Origin: a bacterium
GTDB lineage: Bacteria > Patescibacteriota > CG2-30-54-11 > JBAXVQ01
Length of the DNA stretch: 64,000 nucleotides
Reading direction: 5' to 3'
Assembly: GCA_037128935.1 (NCBI GenBank)
Contig: JBAXVQ010000001.1
Span: 60,124-124,123 of the forward strand
In this document: in pieces, positions 1 to 7,788 of the stretch
How the letters are laid out: every line of letters starts with the position of its first letter
Position numbering within the stretch: position 1 is the stretch's first letter
The notes under the pieces: generated by a model
What the model saw: only the letters and a program-made list of their open reading frames with translations
What the model was told of the DNA's origin: nothing
The model's database searches: none
Made by a program: the position numbers and the translations under genes

Positions 1-152
1 TGTTCAACTCCAAGCCGCTGCTTTCCTTCTACCGCCCTAATCAGTACCCCGTTATTTATTCCTATTTTCTTCGATAGTGGGAAAGTCCTATACGCTTTTA
101 TTGCTTCATCAATGGCGGTGTCTTCTTTAACTTTTCGTATTGTTATTAACAT
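1..152 (-). CDS. hypothetical protein, N-terminal fragment (gene continues left of the window)
   Basis: ATG at 152 on the minus strand, open to the window edge (MLITIRKVKEDTAIDEAIKAYRTFPLSKKIG...). It lies downstream of int on the same strand. Absent from the ORF track because it is truncated. Confidence 0.25.
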   Translation of the reverse strand, partial: MLITIRKVKEDTAIDEAIKAYRTFPLSKKIGINNGVLIRAVEGKQRLGVE

Positions 153-178
153 GATTGTATTTTACCCGATCAGGACAA

Positions 179-1126
179 TTATTGCAAGGGCTTTTTTTGA
201 AACCCGTGATATTTCTCGTAACCCTCTTTTTTTCTCGATGCTGTAACGGTTGTGTATATCTCAGTTGTCTTAACTGATGCATGCCCTAGGTGTTCTTGTA
301 CGAGTCTTAGGTCTCCACCGTTGCTTAACATATTAGTAGCGAACATATGACGTAGTAGGTGTGGGTTAATCTTAACGCCTGAGTTCTCACTGTGAAGCCT
401 GAACCGTGCCCTCACTGCCTTCTCGGTAATTGTGAAAACTCTTTTCCCTTTATCCTTGCTTTTGCTCAAGTAAAGTTGCAACCAGTAAATAGCCTCTTTA
501 TCCGCTAAGCAAGTCCGCACTTTATCGCCTTTTCCCATTATCGTTATTTCAGCTGGGTATAGGTCAAAGTTTATCATGTCTTTTTCCATCTTGCACAGTT
601 CCCCAATCCTCATTCCAGTAGCGTGTAACACTTCAATCATTGCCCTGTCTCGTATCCCGATAAATGTTGACGTGTCTGGTTCTTTCCTGAATCGCTCGAA
701 CTCCTCTTGGTTCGGAATCCGCCAAATTGCCTGGACTATGTTATATCTTTTTATTGCTGTATATGGAAACAGGTTAATCTCGTATTCATTCAAGTAGGAA
801 AACAAAGATCTGACTGCCTTACTTAAATTTTGAAGATGGGCCGGCGTCTTTCCTGACTTCCCAACCCAAACGAAGTAATCCCTTATATGAGCCTTTCCAA
901 CTTTCTCAATTGGTATCTCTCTTTCATCCAACCAATTAAAAAACAAATTGATCAGGTTCTTTTTCTTTTTAACGGAAACCATTTTGTTTCCTTTGAAGAA
1001 CAAACAAAAATCCTCCCAACCACGTAACACTGATTCTCTTTTCACGATGTAACCAGAACTTTCCCCCCTTCCAATAATGATAGGTAAGTTGTGGAAGGTT
1101 GATAATGCTACACCGTTGATGCTCAT
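179..1126 (-). CDS. int: phage tyrosine integrase/recombinase
   Basis: C-terminal catalytic motifs of the XerC/D-phage integrase family are present (HLLRHMFATNML...LGHASVKTTEIYTTV, with the R-H-R-Y box residues). 315 aa. Confidence 0.9.
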   Translation of the reverse strand: MSINGVALSTFHNLPIIIGRGESSGYIVKRESVLRGWEDFCLFFKGNKMVSVKKKKNLINLFFNWLDEREIPIEKVGKAHIRDYFVWVGKSGKTPAHLQNLSKAVRSLFSYLNEYEINLFPYTAIKRYNIVQAIWRIPNQEEFERFRKEPDTSTFIGIRDRAMIEVLHATGMRIGELCKMEKDMINFDLYPAEITIMGKGDKVRTCLADKEAIYWLQLYLSKSKDKGKRVFTITEKAVRARFRLHSENSGVKINPHLLRHMFATNMLSNGGDLRLVQEHLGHASVKTTEIYTTVTASRKKEGYEKYHGFQKKPLQ

Positions 1127-1284
1127 GTGTCAATTCCTCCTTATTGCTGGTTGAGGGGAGAAACTTAACACGATTAAATTTTTGCGTCAAGTAATCTGTG
1201 TTTATGTGTTGACATAGTTGTAAATAGTTAGTGTTTTATTTTTCAATCTCTTACTGTTGCTTAGTGTTGTAAAAGTGCTACGAA

Positions 1285-1527
1285 TTGGACAATACTGTTG
1301 ACATTATTAGCAACGATTTGAAAAACAAAAAACGGCAATTCGGTAAGAACCTGAAAAAACTACGCTTGAAATCTGGTGTCACTCAGGAAAAGCTTGCTGA
1401 GTTGACTGGTCTTTCTGTTGTCTATGTCGGATACCTTGAACAGGGAAAGAATAATCCTTCACTTGAGGTGATCTATCGTTTAGCTGATGCACTTGGTGTT
1501 GAGGCTGGGGAGTTGTTGAAGGATTGA
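1285..1527 (+). CDS. XRE/Cro-CI family helix-turn-helix transcriptional regulator
   Basis: HTH_3 pattern LKKLRLKSGVTQEKLAELTGLSVVYVGYLEQGKNNPSLEVIYRLADALGV. Divergent from int, the typical lysogeny-switch position. Confidence 0.8.
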   Translation: MDNTVDIISNDLKNKKRQFGKNLKKLRLKSGVTQEKLAELTGLSVVYVGYLEQGKNNPSLEVIYRLADALGVEAGELLKD

Positions 1528-1544
1528 ATTCTTCACTCGTGTAG

Positions 1545-1826
1545 TTGTATACTTTGAGTATGAAAAACCACTTAAAACAACAACTTGAATCAATCAAAGC
1601 AACTTTAGATTTGAATGTAAAAACTATTGAGGTTCTTTTTGAACAGGCAAGAGGACTTGCTGATATCGTTGAAAGCCTCGGTACTAGTGCTGAACAAGTG
1701 AAAATTAAAGAAACATTAGAACAACAAGTAATAAGTGTTTTAGATGCTTTAAAAATACTTGTTAAACAAACAACAACACTTTTTGGACAGTACAATGATC
1801 TTATTGACAAGATGAATGGTCAGTAG
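1545..1826 (+). CDS. hypothetical helical protein
   Basis: 93-aa ORF directly downstream of the XRE gene on the same strand. No recognisable motif. Confidence 0.35.
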   Translation: MYTLSMKNHLKQQLESIKATLDLNVKTIEVLFEQARGLADIVESLGTSAEQVKIKETLEQQVISVLDALKILVKQTTTLFGQYNDLIDKMNGQ

Positions 1827-1829
1827 TTT

Positions 1830-2168
1830 ATGGCTACCTTGAAACAAACAGTTCTTGATATTGTTGATGAAATAGCTCTTCTTAGGGAAAAAAACAAAGA
1901 AACTCTTCCCCACAATCCTAAAGAACACGAAGACAAAACAAGATCCGAGTTAGCGAAAACGTTTGTGTTGGGATATTTTATACTTCTCTCCGTTGCTTTT
2001 TTACTTACTATGGCTAGTAATCTAACAGTATCGTATCTAAAGCTAGATCAATCTCTAATAATAAGCGTCAAAGATATCATCCTCACAATCTCAAGCACTA
2101 TAGGAACCTCTCTTGGATTTGTTGTCGGTTACTATTTTAAGAGTTCTGAGAACGGTTACAACCTGTAA
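1830..2168 (+). CDS. hypothetical membrane protein (2 TM segments)
   Basis: 112-aa ORF with hydrophobic stretches FVLGYFILLSVAFLLTMA and IILTISSTIGTSLGFVVGYYF. Third gene of the XRE-led plus-strand operon. Confidence 0.35.
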   Translation: MATLKQTVLDIVDEIALLREKNKETLPHNPKEHEDKTRSELAKTFVLGYFILLSVAFLLTMASNLTVSYLKLDQSLIISVKDIILTISSTIGTSLGFVVGYYFKSSENGYNL

Positions 2169-2171
2169 TTA

Positions 2172-2963
2172 CTAAAACGCTTTCGCCTCTTCCGCTCTTC
2201 TCTTCACCAACCCGCCTAACTTCTGACCTCCACCATGCACCCACCTAGCTAATTGTGCGGGAACTTCGTTGTACTTTCCAGCGTTTAAGGTTTTCAGTAA
2301 GTCGCTGCCTTCCAAAGCACCTGCACCCATGTTGTAGGTGAACGAGACAAGAGAATCGTACTGTTGTTGAGTGAGTGCAACCTTCACGAGCCTATGTACT
2401 GCAATCTCTTTGACGTACACCTGATCTCTTAGGATTTTGTCCGCTTCGACTTCACTGATACACTGCCCCTTCTTTCCTGCCGAACCGTATCCAATAGTCC
2501 ACATCTTTATATCCCAGTATGCACACGACCTGAACCCCTCATACTTCTTTATCATTGCTATGCCTTGCTCACTAATGTGCATTACTGATGCGACGCTGCC
2601 ACCTGTGCCGTTGCTATTGGAAGCCGTTGTTGTTGTTTGTCCTTGACTTCCACTTATTGCCTCGGTCACTGTAGCAGTGGGTACAATCTGTACCCCTGTT
2701 GCTTCTGCAGCATAGACAGCACTTCCTAACATTGCAGTTTTCGGCTGTGGTGTGAGTACTTTGATACTCTCCTCGATTAGTGCCGTTGCTGTTGCCATAT
2801 GTTCACCTGCCTGAGTAATGTACGTTTCTGACTGCAATTTACGCTTTTGAGCTTCGAGATCGATTGTTGATGGTTTACTCATCATGCCAGGGATGAATAT
2901 GGCCCCGAGTAGCAGAACAAAAAATACAATTGCTGCGACGAGATTGAATGTGTTTGTTTTCAT
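2172..2963 (-). CDS. phage lysozyme (GH24, T4/lambda-R type) with N-terminal transmembrane anchor
   Basis: Catalytic-domain motifs KYEGFRSCAYWDIKMWTIGYG...SLVSFTYNMGAGAL...LARWVHGGGQKLGGLVKRR. N-terminus MKTNTFNLVAAIVFFVLLLGAIFIPG is strongly hydrophobic (signal-anchor or SAR-like). Confidence 0.85.
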   Translation of the reverse strand: MKTNTFNLVAAIVFFVLLLGAIFIPGMMSKPSTIDLEAQKRKLQSETYITQAGEHMATATALIEESIKVLTPQPKTAMLGSAVYAAEATGVQIVPTATVTEAISGSQGQTTTTASNSNGTGGSVASVMHISEQGIAMIKKYEGFRSCAYWDIKMWTIGYGSAGKKGQCISEVEADKILRDQVYVKEIAVHRLVKVALTQQQYDSLVSFTYNMGAGALEGSDLLKTLNAGKYNEVPAQLARWVHGGGQKLGGLVKRRAEEAKAF

Positions 2964-3014
2964 TTTTGTTATTCCTGTAAAATAGGAAGCGGTGTTCTAG
3001 CACCAGCCTCATTG

Positions 3015-3185
3015 TTATTGTGATGGGGTAGAGTCGGCGGCGTTGCTGTCGGCTCTTTTTTGTTGCTCGTAGCGTAGTTGGGCAATGTCTCCGATGATGT
3101 TCATTGCTTCGTCCCTGCGCTCATTGATGAGGACTGTTAGAAAGCCCTCAATTCTGGTGAGTAGGTCGAATGTTGCCTTTTCCAT
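3015..3185 (-). CDS. hypothetical small protein (56 aa), not in ORF track
   Basis: ATG at 3185 is preceded by a strong RBS AAGGAGG 6 nt upstream. Sequence MEKATFDLLTRIEGFLTVLINERRDEAMNIIGDIAQLRYEQQKRADSNAADSTPSQ. Lies immediately upstream of the lysozyme gene. Confidence 0.4.
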   Translation of the reverse strand: MEKATFDLLTRIEGFLTVLINERRDEAMNIIGDIAQLRYEQQKRADSNAADSTPSQ

Positions 3186-3208
3186 AGTTGCCTCCTTTCT
3201 TGGTTTGG

Positions 3209-3454
3209 TTATATTTGTGAAAAAACTAAATCTTGATGCTGCTCAAACGCCAAGTCCGCTGCCCTGTCGGCGTTGTCTTCCTCAAAGTCTTTGACGGTAG
3301 AAACTAGATCGTAGTCAATGCCCCGATCCTGTAGTAGTGCCTCGGTTTTTAATCTTGCCTCTTTGTCGGGGTTGCCGTTCGTGTAGACCGGCATAGAGAG
3401 GGTGACGATGATTTCGACTGTTTGGATTTTGACGGGGTTAGTTGTGATGGTCAT
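3209..3454 (-). CDS. hypothetical protein
   Basis: 81-aa ORF in the late/lysis operon. No motif recognised. Confidence 0.3.
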   Translation of the reverse strand: MTITTNPVKIQTVEIIVTLSMPVYTNGNPDKEARLKTEALLQDRGIDYDLVSTVKDFEEDNADRAADLAFEQHQDLVFSQI

Positions 3455-3681
3455 AACTACGCTACCTCCTGTGTTTCATTGTTCACGGTGATGATCTTGA
3501 TTGAGTCGCCGGTGTCGAACATGTAGACGGTCTGTTCTCCGTTTGTGAGTGTGTTGATTAGTTTCATGGTTGTGTTCCTTTTTGTGGTCAAGCAGCCTGA
3601 CCACTCTTGATAAAAAAATATTGTTTTTCTTTTCACTAATACCAGTATAGTACATCTACCGGACTATGTCAAGCAAAAAAA

Positions 3682-3891
3682 TTATTCCTTTAGTTTGGCT
3701 ACGTAGTCGCAATCTTCGGCAATGTACCAAACACCCCTAAACTTGCTACCTTCTTTAAATGAACCAGTTACAGCATGATGATTATTTTTTAAAAGTCTTC
3801 GTAGGTAGGTTAGCTTATTTTCTATCTCAACTTTATCTAGTTTTGAGAAATACTTCTCAGTTAATTCCTGAATGGTATAGTAGCCCTTCAT
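3682..3891 (-). CDS. hypothetical protein
   Basis: 69-aa ORF. No motif recognised. Confidence 0.3.
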   Translation of the reverse strand: MKGYYTIQELTEKYFSKLDKVEIENKLTYLRRLLKNNHHAVTGSFKEGSKFRGVWYIAEDCDYVAKLKE

Positions 3892-3950
3892 AGTAATCCT
3901 TTTCTATTCGGTTTTTTTTCGGTTCTGAACGTAGTGTAGCACCTCAACTA

Positions 3951-3981
3951 TTGACAATCAAGAGGGTGTGCGTGCTACACT
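3951..3981 (+). promoter_or_regulatory. candidate sigma70-type promoter of the plus-strand moron island
   Basis: TTGACA at 3951-3956 and an extended -10 TGcTACACT at 3973-3981 (spacer 19). It lies ~30 nt upstream of the RBS/ATG at 4013. Confidence 0.35.
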
Positions 3982-4012
3982 GTCAGCATATCTTAATAAA
4001 AGGGGGCATCGT

Positions 4013-4441
4013 ATGAGTGGAAATTCAGCAGGTAGAGGTTTCTTGGGTGGGCTTGGAATGGCGGGCGGTGTTGCGTTCGGGTGTTGTGGGTTGATAGTTG
4101 TTGGTATCGTTATTGTTGCCGTGTTAGCTGCTGCTGGATCTTCAAGTTCTAAGACTACAAATACGACAACTACGAATAGCTCCGGTACAACTGTACCTGA
4201 AAAAGTGGAAGCGAAAAGCGGTGTGACGCTTGAAAATTTCAACAAACTAAAAGATGGAATGTCTTATAAACAAGCGGTTGCAGTGCTTGGAGTAGAGGGC
4301 ACTATTTTAAGTGAATCGAATGTAGCAGGATACGCAACAAAGATGTACACATGGGAAGGTGCGACCGGATGGGGTGCAAATATGAATGCAATGTTTCAGA
4401 ATGATAAGTTAATGAGTAAGACACAAATAGGATTGAAGTAG
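4013..4441 (+). CDS. membrane-anchored protein with C-terminal DUF3862-like (BLIP-like) domain
   Basis: ATG at 4013 has an AAGGGGG RBS; the track ORF begins at an upstream GTG at 3968. The protein has a Gly-rich TM segment (GGLGMAGGVAFGCCGLIVVGIVIVAVLAAAG) and a Ser/Thr linker. Its C-terminal domain GVTLENFNKLKDGMSYKQAVAVLGVEG...YTWEGATGWGANMNAMFQNDKLMSKTQIGL resembles DUF3862. Confidence 0.5.
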   Translation: MSGNSAGRGFLGGLGMAGGVAFGCCGLIVVGIVIVAVLAAAGSSSSKTTNTTTTNSSGTTVPEKVEAKSGVTLENFNKLKDGMSYKQAVAVLGVEGTILSESNVAGYATKMYTWEGATGWGANMNAMFQNDKLMSKTQIGLK

Positions 4442-4553
4442 AAAAAATCTGCAAATCACTTCAAGTATCCGTCGGAGAATTACTAGAGTATGTCCCAAGT
4501 GACAAATAGCGTTAGTAATTTAATATGTCAGCATAACTTAACAAGGGGAATGT

Positions 4554-4793
4554 ATGAATCTTTTGTTTAAATCACCAGGGTTTGGAGCTTTAAAGGTTTA
4601 TGATAATAAAATAGAATGGGGTGCTGTTTTTAAAAAAAGCATTCCAATAAAGCAAATTGCTGCAATAAATGCTGGAATGCCTATGTTTGGACTTATAACA
4701 GTTGAAACGTCTGGTGGACAAAAGTATAAAGTTCCTTGTTACTCATCAAAAAAGAAACAAGCTATTGAAATAATTTACAGTTTAATGAAGTAA
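4554..4793 (+). CDS. hypothetical small protein, possibly bacterial PH-domain-like
   Basis: 79 aa. Contains KIEWGAVFKKSIPIKQIAAINAGMPMFGLITVETSGGQKYKV. Co-oriented with the preceding gene; the call is weak. Confidence 0.35.
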   Translation: MNLLFKSPGFGALKVYDNKIEWGAVFKKSIPIKQIAAINAGMPMFGLITVETSGGQKYKVPCYSSKKKQAIEIIYSLMK

Positions 4794-4861
4794 GTGAATG
4801 CTTGAAAAGCCCTCAACGTGTCGGTCGGGGAGTTGTTGGAGTATGTGGAGGAGGAGTTACA

Positions 4862-4895
4862 AAAAGACACCCCCTAAGAGGTGTCTTTCTTCTTC
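4862..4895 (+). terminator. rho-independent terminator of the moron island
   Basis: Hairpin aaagacacc/ggtgtcttt with an 8-nt loop, followed by the T-rich tract cttcttctcttcc. Lies 70 nt after the stop of ORF 4554..4793. Confidence 0.5.
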
Positions 4896-5022
4896 TCTTC
4901 CTGTTGTACCCAGCGTTGCAGCTGGTCAACTATTCGCCGGTTGTTCTTTTTTGCAATGTTCCTAATGCGTTCGTGTAGTTCTTTTGATAAGTTTAGTGAG
5001 GTTCGGGCGGGTTGTTTTGTCA
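4873..5022 (-). CDS. ribbon-helix-helix (CopG/Arc/ParD-like) small DNA-binding protein, not in ORF track
   Basis: 49 aa: MTKQPARTSLNLSKELHERIRNIAKKNNRRIVDQLQRWVQQEEKKKDTS. Its ATG overlaps the TAA of the upstream 98-aa ORF (TAATG). The beta-strand then two helices layout is typical of RHH proteins. Confidence 0.45.
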
Positions 5023-5319
5023 TTATCTTGCTAACCCCCTGATCGCACTAAAAACGTCTTCTGGCAGTTCACCAAACCAACACTCTACTGACTTGTTATT
5101 CATTGCTGGTGATGCGTCCTCGCCTTTTAGCGTGTATACAGTGTCATAGTATTCATTCTTTAGCTCTCTGCCGTACTTGCACTCTGTTGTAATACCATCA
5201 TCGTTATACTTCCTTACAGCATAGTATTGAAGGCTGTTAAGCTCGAATGTTGCTGTCTGAATGTTTGCTGATGGGAAGTCTTCAACCTTGATTACCTTGA
5301 TGTTTTTGTTGATTGTCAT
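5023..5319 (-). CDS. hypothetical protein, translationally coupled to downstream RHH gene
   Basis: 98-aa ORF; no motif recognised. Confidence 0.35.
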   Translation of the reverse strand: MTINKNIKVIKVEDFPSANIQTATFELNSLQYYAVRKYNDDGITTECKYGRELKNEYYDTVYTLKGEDASPAMNNKSVECWFGELPEDVFSAIRGLAR

Positions 5320-5534
5320 GATGTTGTTCCTTTGTTAGTTGTTGTAAGTGAATCTTACGTACCTAGTATATATCTAAAGGCGTACAATGTCAAGGGGAAT
5401 TATTAGAAATGTTTTGGCTTGGTGAAGCCGTTTCATAACTTTGTAAAAAGATTTACATTTCAAATAATAGCAAAAGCAGAAGGACGTGAGTTATCCCCCT
5501 GCTTTTTTTGTTCTCTCTCTATATATGTATAGCC

Positions 5535-7139
5535 CTACACCACCTCAACCTCAAACCACCCGTTCCACGTTGTAACCCATTCTCTCGTTCCTGTGGTAGC
5601 AAGCCCCCAATCCTCTCTATACACCCCTTTAGGAATGCCAATTTTCACATTCAGCGGGATTGTGGCGGTGTAGGTTCTGCTCGCCTGATCTAGTAGCTCC
5701 AACTTCACCCCATCTTTCCCTGCGAAAAACACGCTGTAGTCCACGTTCGATGGATTTACTACGTTCTTATCCTTGCGAAAGAATAAGCGAACAGTATCAT
5801 CTATAAGCGTCTCGGTGCCTACGTTCTGAATAGTGAACCGTATTGAAGGTTGAAAGCCCACTAAGGCGAATTTTTGCCCTTTGGCGACAGCTTCGTACTT
5901 TGGAGTGTTCGTTGTCGGTACTTTCCCTTTGAGCGTCATATACTGATAGATTGCATCACGTGCCGATGGCTTAGTTCGTCCGATGTAGCCTGCCTTTGCT
6001 AGTGTTGTGAGTTTGCCAGTCCATGGATCTGCAATCGTGAAGTCTTCGCCCTGATATCCTGTAGCCAACACAAAGTGCATATCCTCGGTAGTTGTACTAG
6101 TATTGAAGTCAATTTCCAGCATAACGGGGTATCCACTATCTAGTGCCCGCTTGATATCGGTGATCTGTAAGTCGGTCAACCTATTAGGTGTTAGCACGTG
6201 CTTTTCTTCGATGTCGGGAAAGAGTTGTTGGAGTTTTCCCCAAACGTACATATTTCCGCCGTAGTATCCGCCTATTCCCTCTAGCTTTTTGTCGAGTGTG
6301 ACGGGTGTTTCGTTGATACCGTAGTAACGTGCAACCATCGCAAGGCAATTGAGAAGGCATCCGTAAGCTGCAATCGTAGTATTGCTGTAGCCTAGGTTCT
6401 CACCCGCCCATCGTTGATCACGTTGGTTGTATACTTCTGGTAGTGTAATCATGGTGGTTATTTCCTTTTTTGGTTCTGGTGTAGGTGGTTTCTCAGGTTC
6501 TACTGGTTTTTCTTCTGCATTGTCAAAATAGAACACGCAAAAACCAAAGCCGTTATATTTGATGATTTCTTTCTCAATCCTGAAATAGCCCTTACCTTCT
6601 GCATGCTGATTATCTACGCCGTAGGAGTTTTGGATGTAAAAGTATTTTTCGTCAAAGCCCACAATTGCCAGCTCGTGCGTTCTTTGTTGTAAATCTCTAG
6701 GTTTCCACATCGATTGAGTGATTGTGTAGTACAACTCGTAAGGGATTTGTGAGATTCCTATGCCAAAATGTACAGGGTTGCCAGCTTTTAGCTCTGAGGT
6801 TATCTGATCAACTATCTGAGTGTATCCACCAGTCAACTCTTTAAAACCTGTGCAAAGTCCAAGTTTTTTGTAAAATTCAAAAACGTCGCTCATGGTGTTG
6901 CTGTATGAGTCTCTATCTAGTATTTTCCCAGCTTTTTTGCAGGCTGCATCATAGGATGCTTGCCAGATAAGCAACCAATCAGAAAACCACAAGCGATTAG
7001 CTCCATGTAAGCGAAAAGCTACACTAGCAGAATACACGGTACAGCTACCGCCCTGCTGGGTGATGATTGGTGCTTTCGCCTCTAGGTTGGGGATTAACGT
7101 TGTGTTAGGTTCGCTGAAAATTTTTGATCGTGTAGCCAT
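5535..7139 (-). CDS. putative lysin with two cysteine-peptidase domains (N-terminal papain-like C1, central C39-like) and C-terminal beta-rich domain
   Basis: Likely start is ATG at 7139 (RBS AAGGCGG); the track ORF starts at 7196. N-terminal motifs QQGGSCTVYSASVAF and HELAIVGFDEKYFYIQNSYG...GYFRIEKE match the papain Cys/His/Asn regions. The central block QRDQRWAGENLGYSNTTIAAYGCLLNCLAMVARYYG...GYPVMLEID...MHFVLATGYQGEDFTIADPWTG resembles the Peptidase_C39_2/YvpB-like domain. A Pro/Glu/Lys linker KPVEPEKPPTPEPKKE separates the domains. Confidence 0.65.
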   Translation of the reverse strand: MATRSKIFSEPNTTLIPNLEAKAPIITQQGGSCTVYSASVAFRLHGANRLWFSDWLLIWQASYDAACKKAGKILDRDSYSNTMSDVFEFYKKLGLCTGFKELTGGYTQIVDQITSELKAGNPVHFGIGISQIPYELYYTITQSMWKPRDLQQRTHELAIVGFDEKYFYIQNSYGVDNQHAEGKGYFRIEKEIIKYNGFGFCVFYFDNAEEKPVEPEKPPTPEPKKEITTMITLPEVYNQRDQRWAGENLGYSNTTIAAYGCLLNCLAMVARYYGINETPVTLDKKLEGIGGYYGGNMYVWGKLQQLFPDIEEKHVLTPNRLTDLQITDIKRALDSGYPVMLEIDFNTSTTTEDMHFVLATGYQGEDFTIADPWTGKLTTLAKAGYIGRTKPSARDAIYQYMTLKGKVPTTNTPKYEAVAKGQKFALVGFQPSIRFTIQNVGTETLIDDTVRLFFRKDKNVVNPSNVDYSVFFAGKDGVKLELLDQASRTYTATIPLNVKIGIPKGVYREDWGLATTGTREWVTTWNGWFEVEVV

Positions 7140-7149
7140 GTTATCCGCC

Positions 7150-7533
7150 TTATTTTGAAAATAAATTATGTTGTGAAAACAAGGACAAAAGCCCAACTAT
7201 TAAGCCAAGAATGCCACAGGTGATCACTGACCAAAAAAGCTTACTTAGCGGCTCCATCTTTTGGGTTATATCCTTCTCCCACCTAGCCCTATCCGCCATA
7301 CCTAACTCTAGTATTTCAATCCTCTTAGAATGGTCTTTTATCGATTCCTTCATATCAAGATGTTGCTGTTCATCTGTCTTTCTTTGTTCTTGTGCTACCG
7401 TCATACTAGTTAGAAGACTTGACAAAGTTTCTAAAATTCTGTCAATTTTTTTTTTGATGTCGGGAATGTCTGCGATTTGCTGCTTCATTCCTGCGATCTC
7501 GATTAGAATGTCTTGGTTTGTACCCTTAGTCAC
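7150..7533 (-). CDS. coiled-coil protein with C-terminal TM segment (lysis-cassette accessory; antiholin/holin-like?)
   Basis: 127 aa. Charged helical N-terminus and C-terminal LFWSVITCGILGLIVGLLSLF. Contains an A10 run in the coding strand (KKK at 7441-7450). Confidence 0.35.
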   Translation of the reverse strand: MTKGTNQDILIEIAGMKQQIADIPDIKKKIDRILETLSSLLTSMTVAQEQRKTDEQQHLDMKESIKDHSKRIEILELGMADRARWEKDITQKMEPLSKLFWSVITCGILGLIVGLLSLFSQHNLFSK

Positions 7534-7784
7534 CTAGTGCCCTCTATGGTTTTTTGTTTTAGAATTTTGACTATGCCTTTGAGACCAAAAACTGCTAATG
7601 GGACGAAATAATAAAATTGCACCCTATCCATCTCCCCCAGAAACATCCCAGCAACCCCAAGCAGATGAGCAAGTAGAAGCGAAATTGCCTGCTTGTTAAT
7701 CTTTCTACTTCTATAAGCTTCGATCACTACCCAAATGACCGTTGTTGAGTAGAACATGTAGGGGATGATTGTTATGGTATCCAT
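7530..7784 (-). CDS. holin-like small membrane protein (3 predicted TM)
   Basis: 84 aa with three hydrophobic segments and a charged C-terminus KGIVKILKQKTIEGTR. Start overlaps the downstream gene (ATGA). Lies upstream of the lysin. Confidence 0.45.
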   Translation of the reverse strand: MDTITIIPYMFYSTTVIWVVIEAYRSRKINKQAISLLLAHLLGVAGMFLGEMDRVQFYYFVPLAVFGLKGIVKILKQKTIEGTR

Positions 7785-7788
7785 AGCA

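Noticed and set aside
4873-5319. Assignment of the 98-aa protein as a BrnT (DUF497) toxin partner of the RHH protein
   Set aside because: The 98-aa sequence lacks the DUF497 signature (no ISARKA-like motif). The pairing is kept only as a generic reverse-order TA or regulator candidate.
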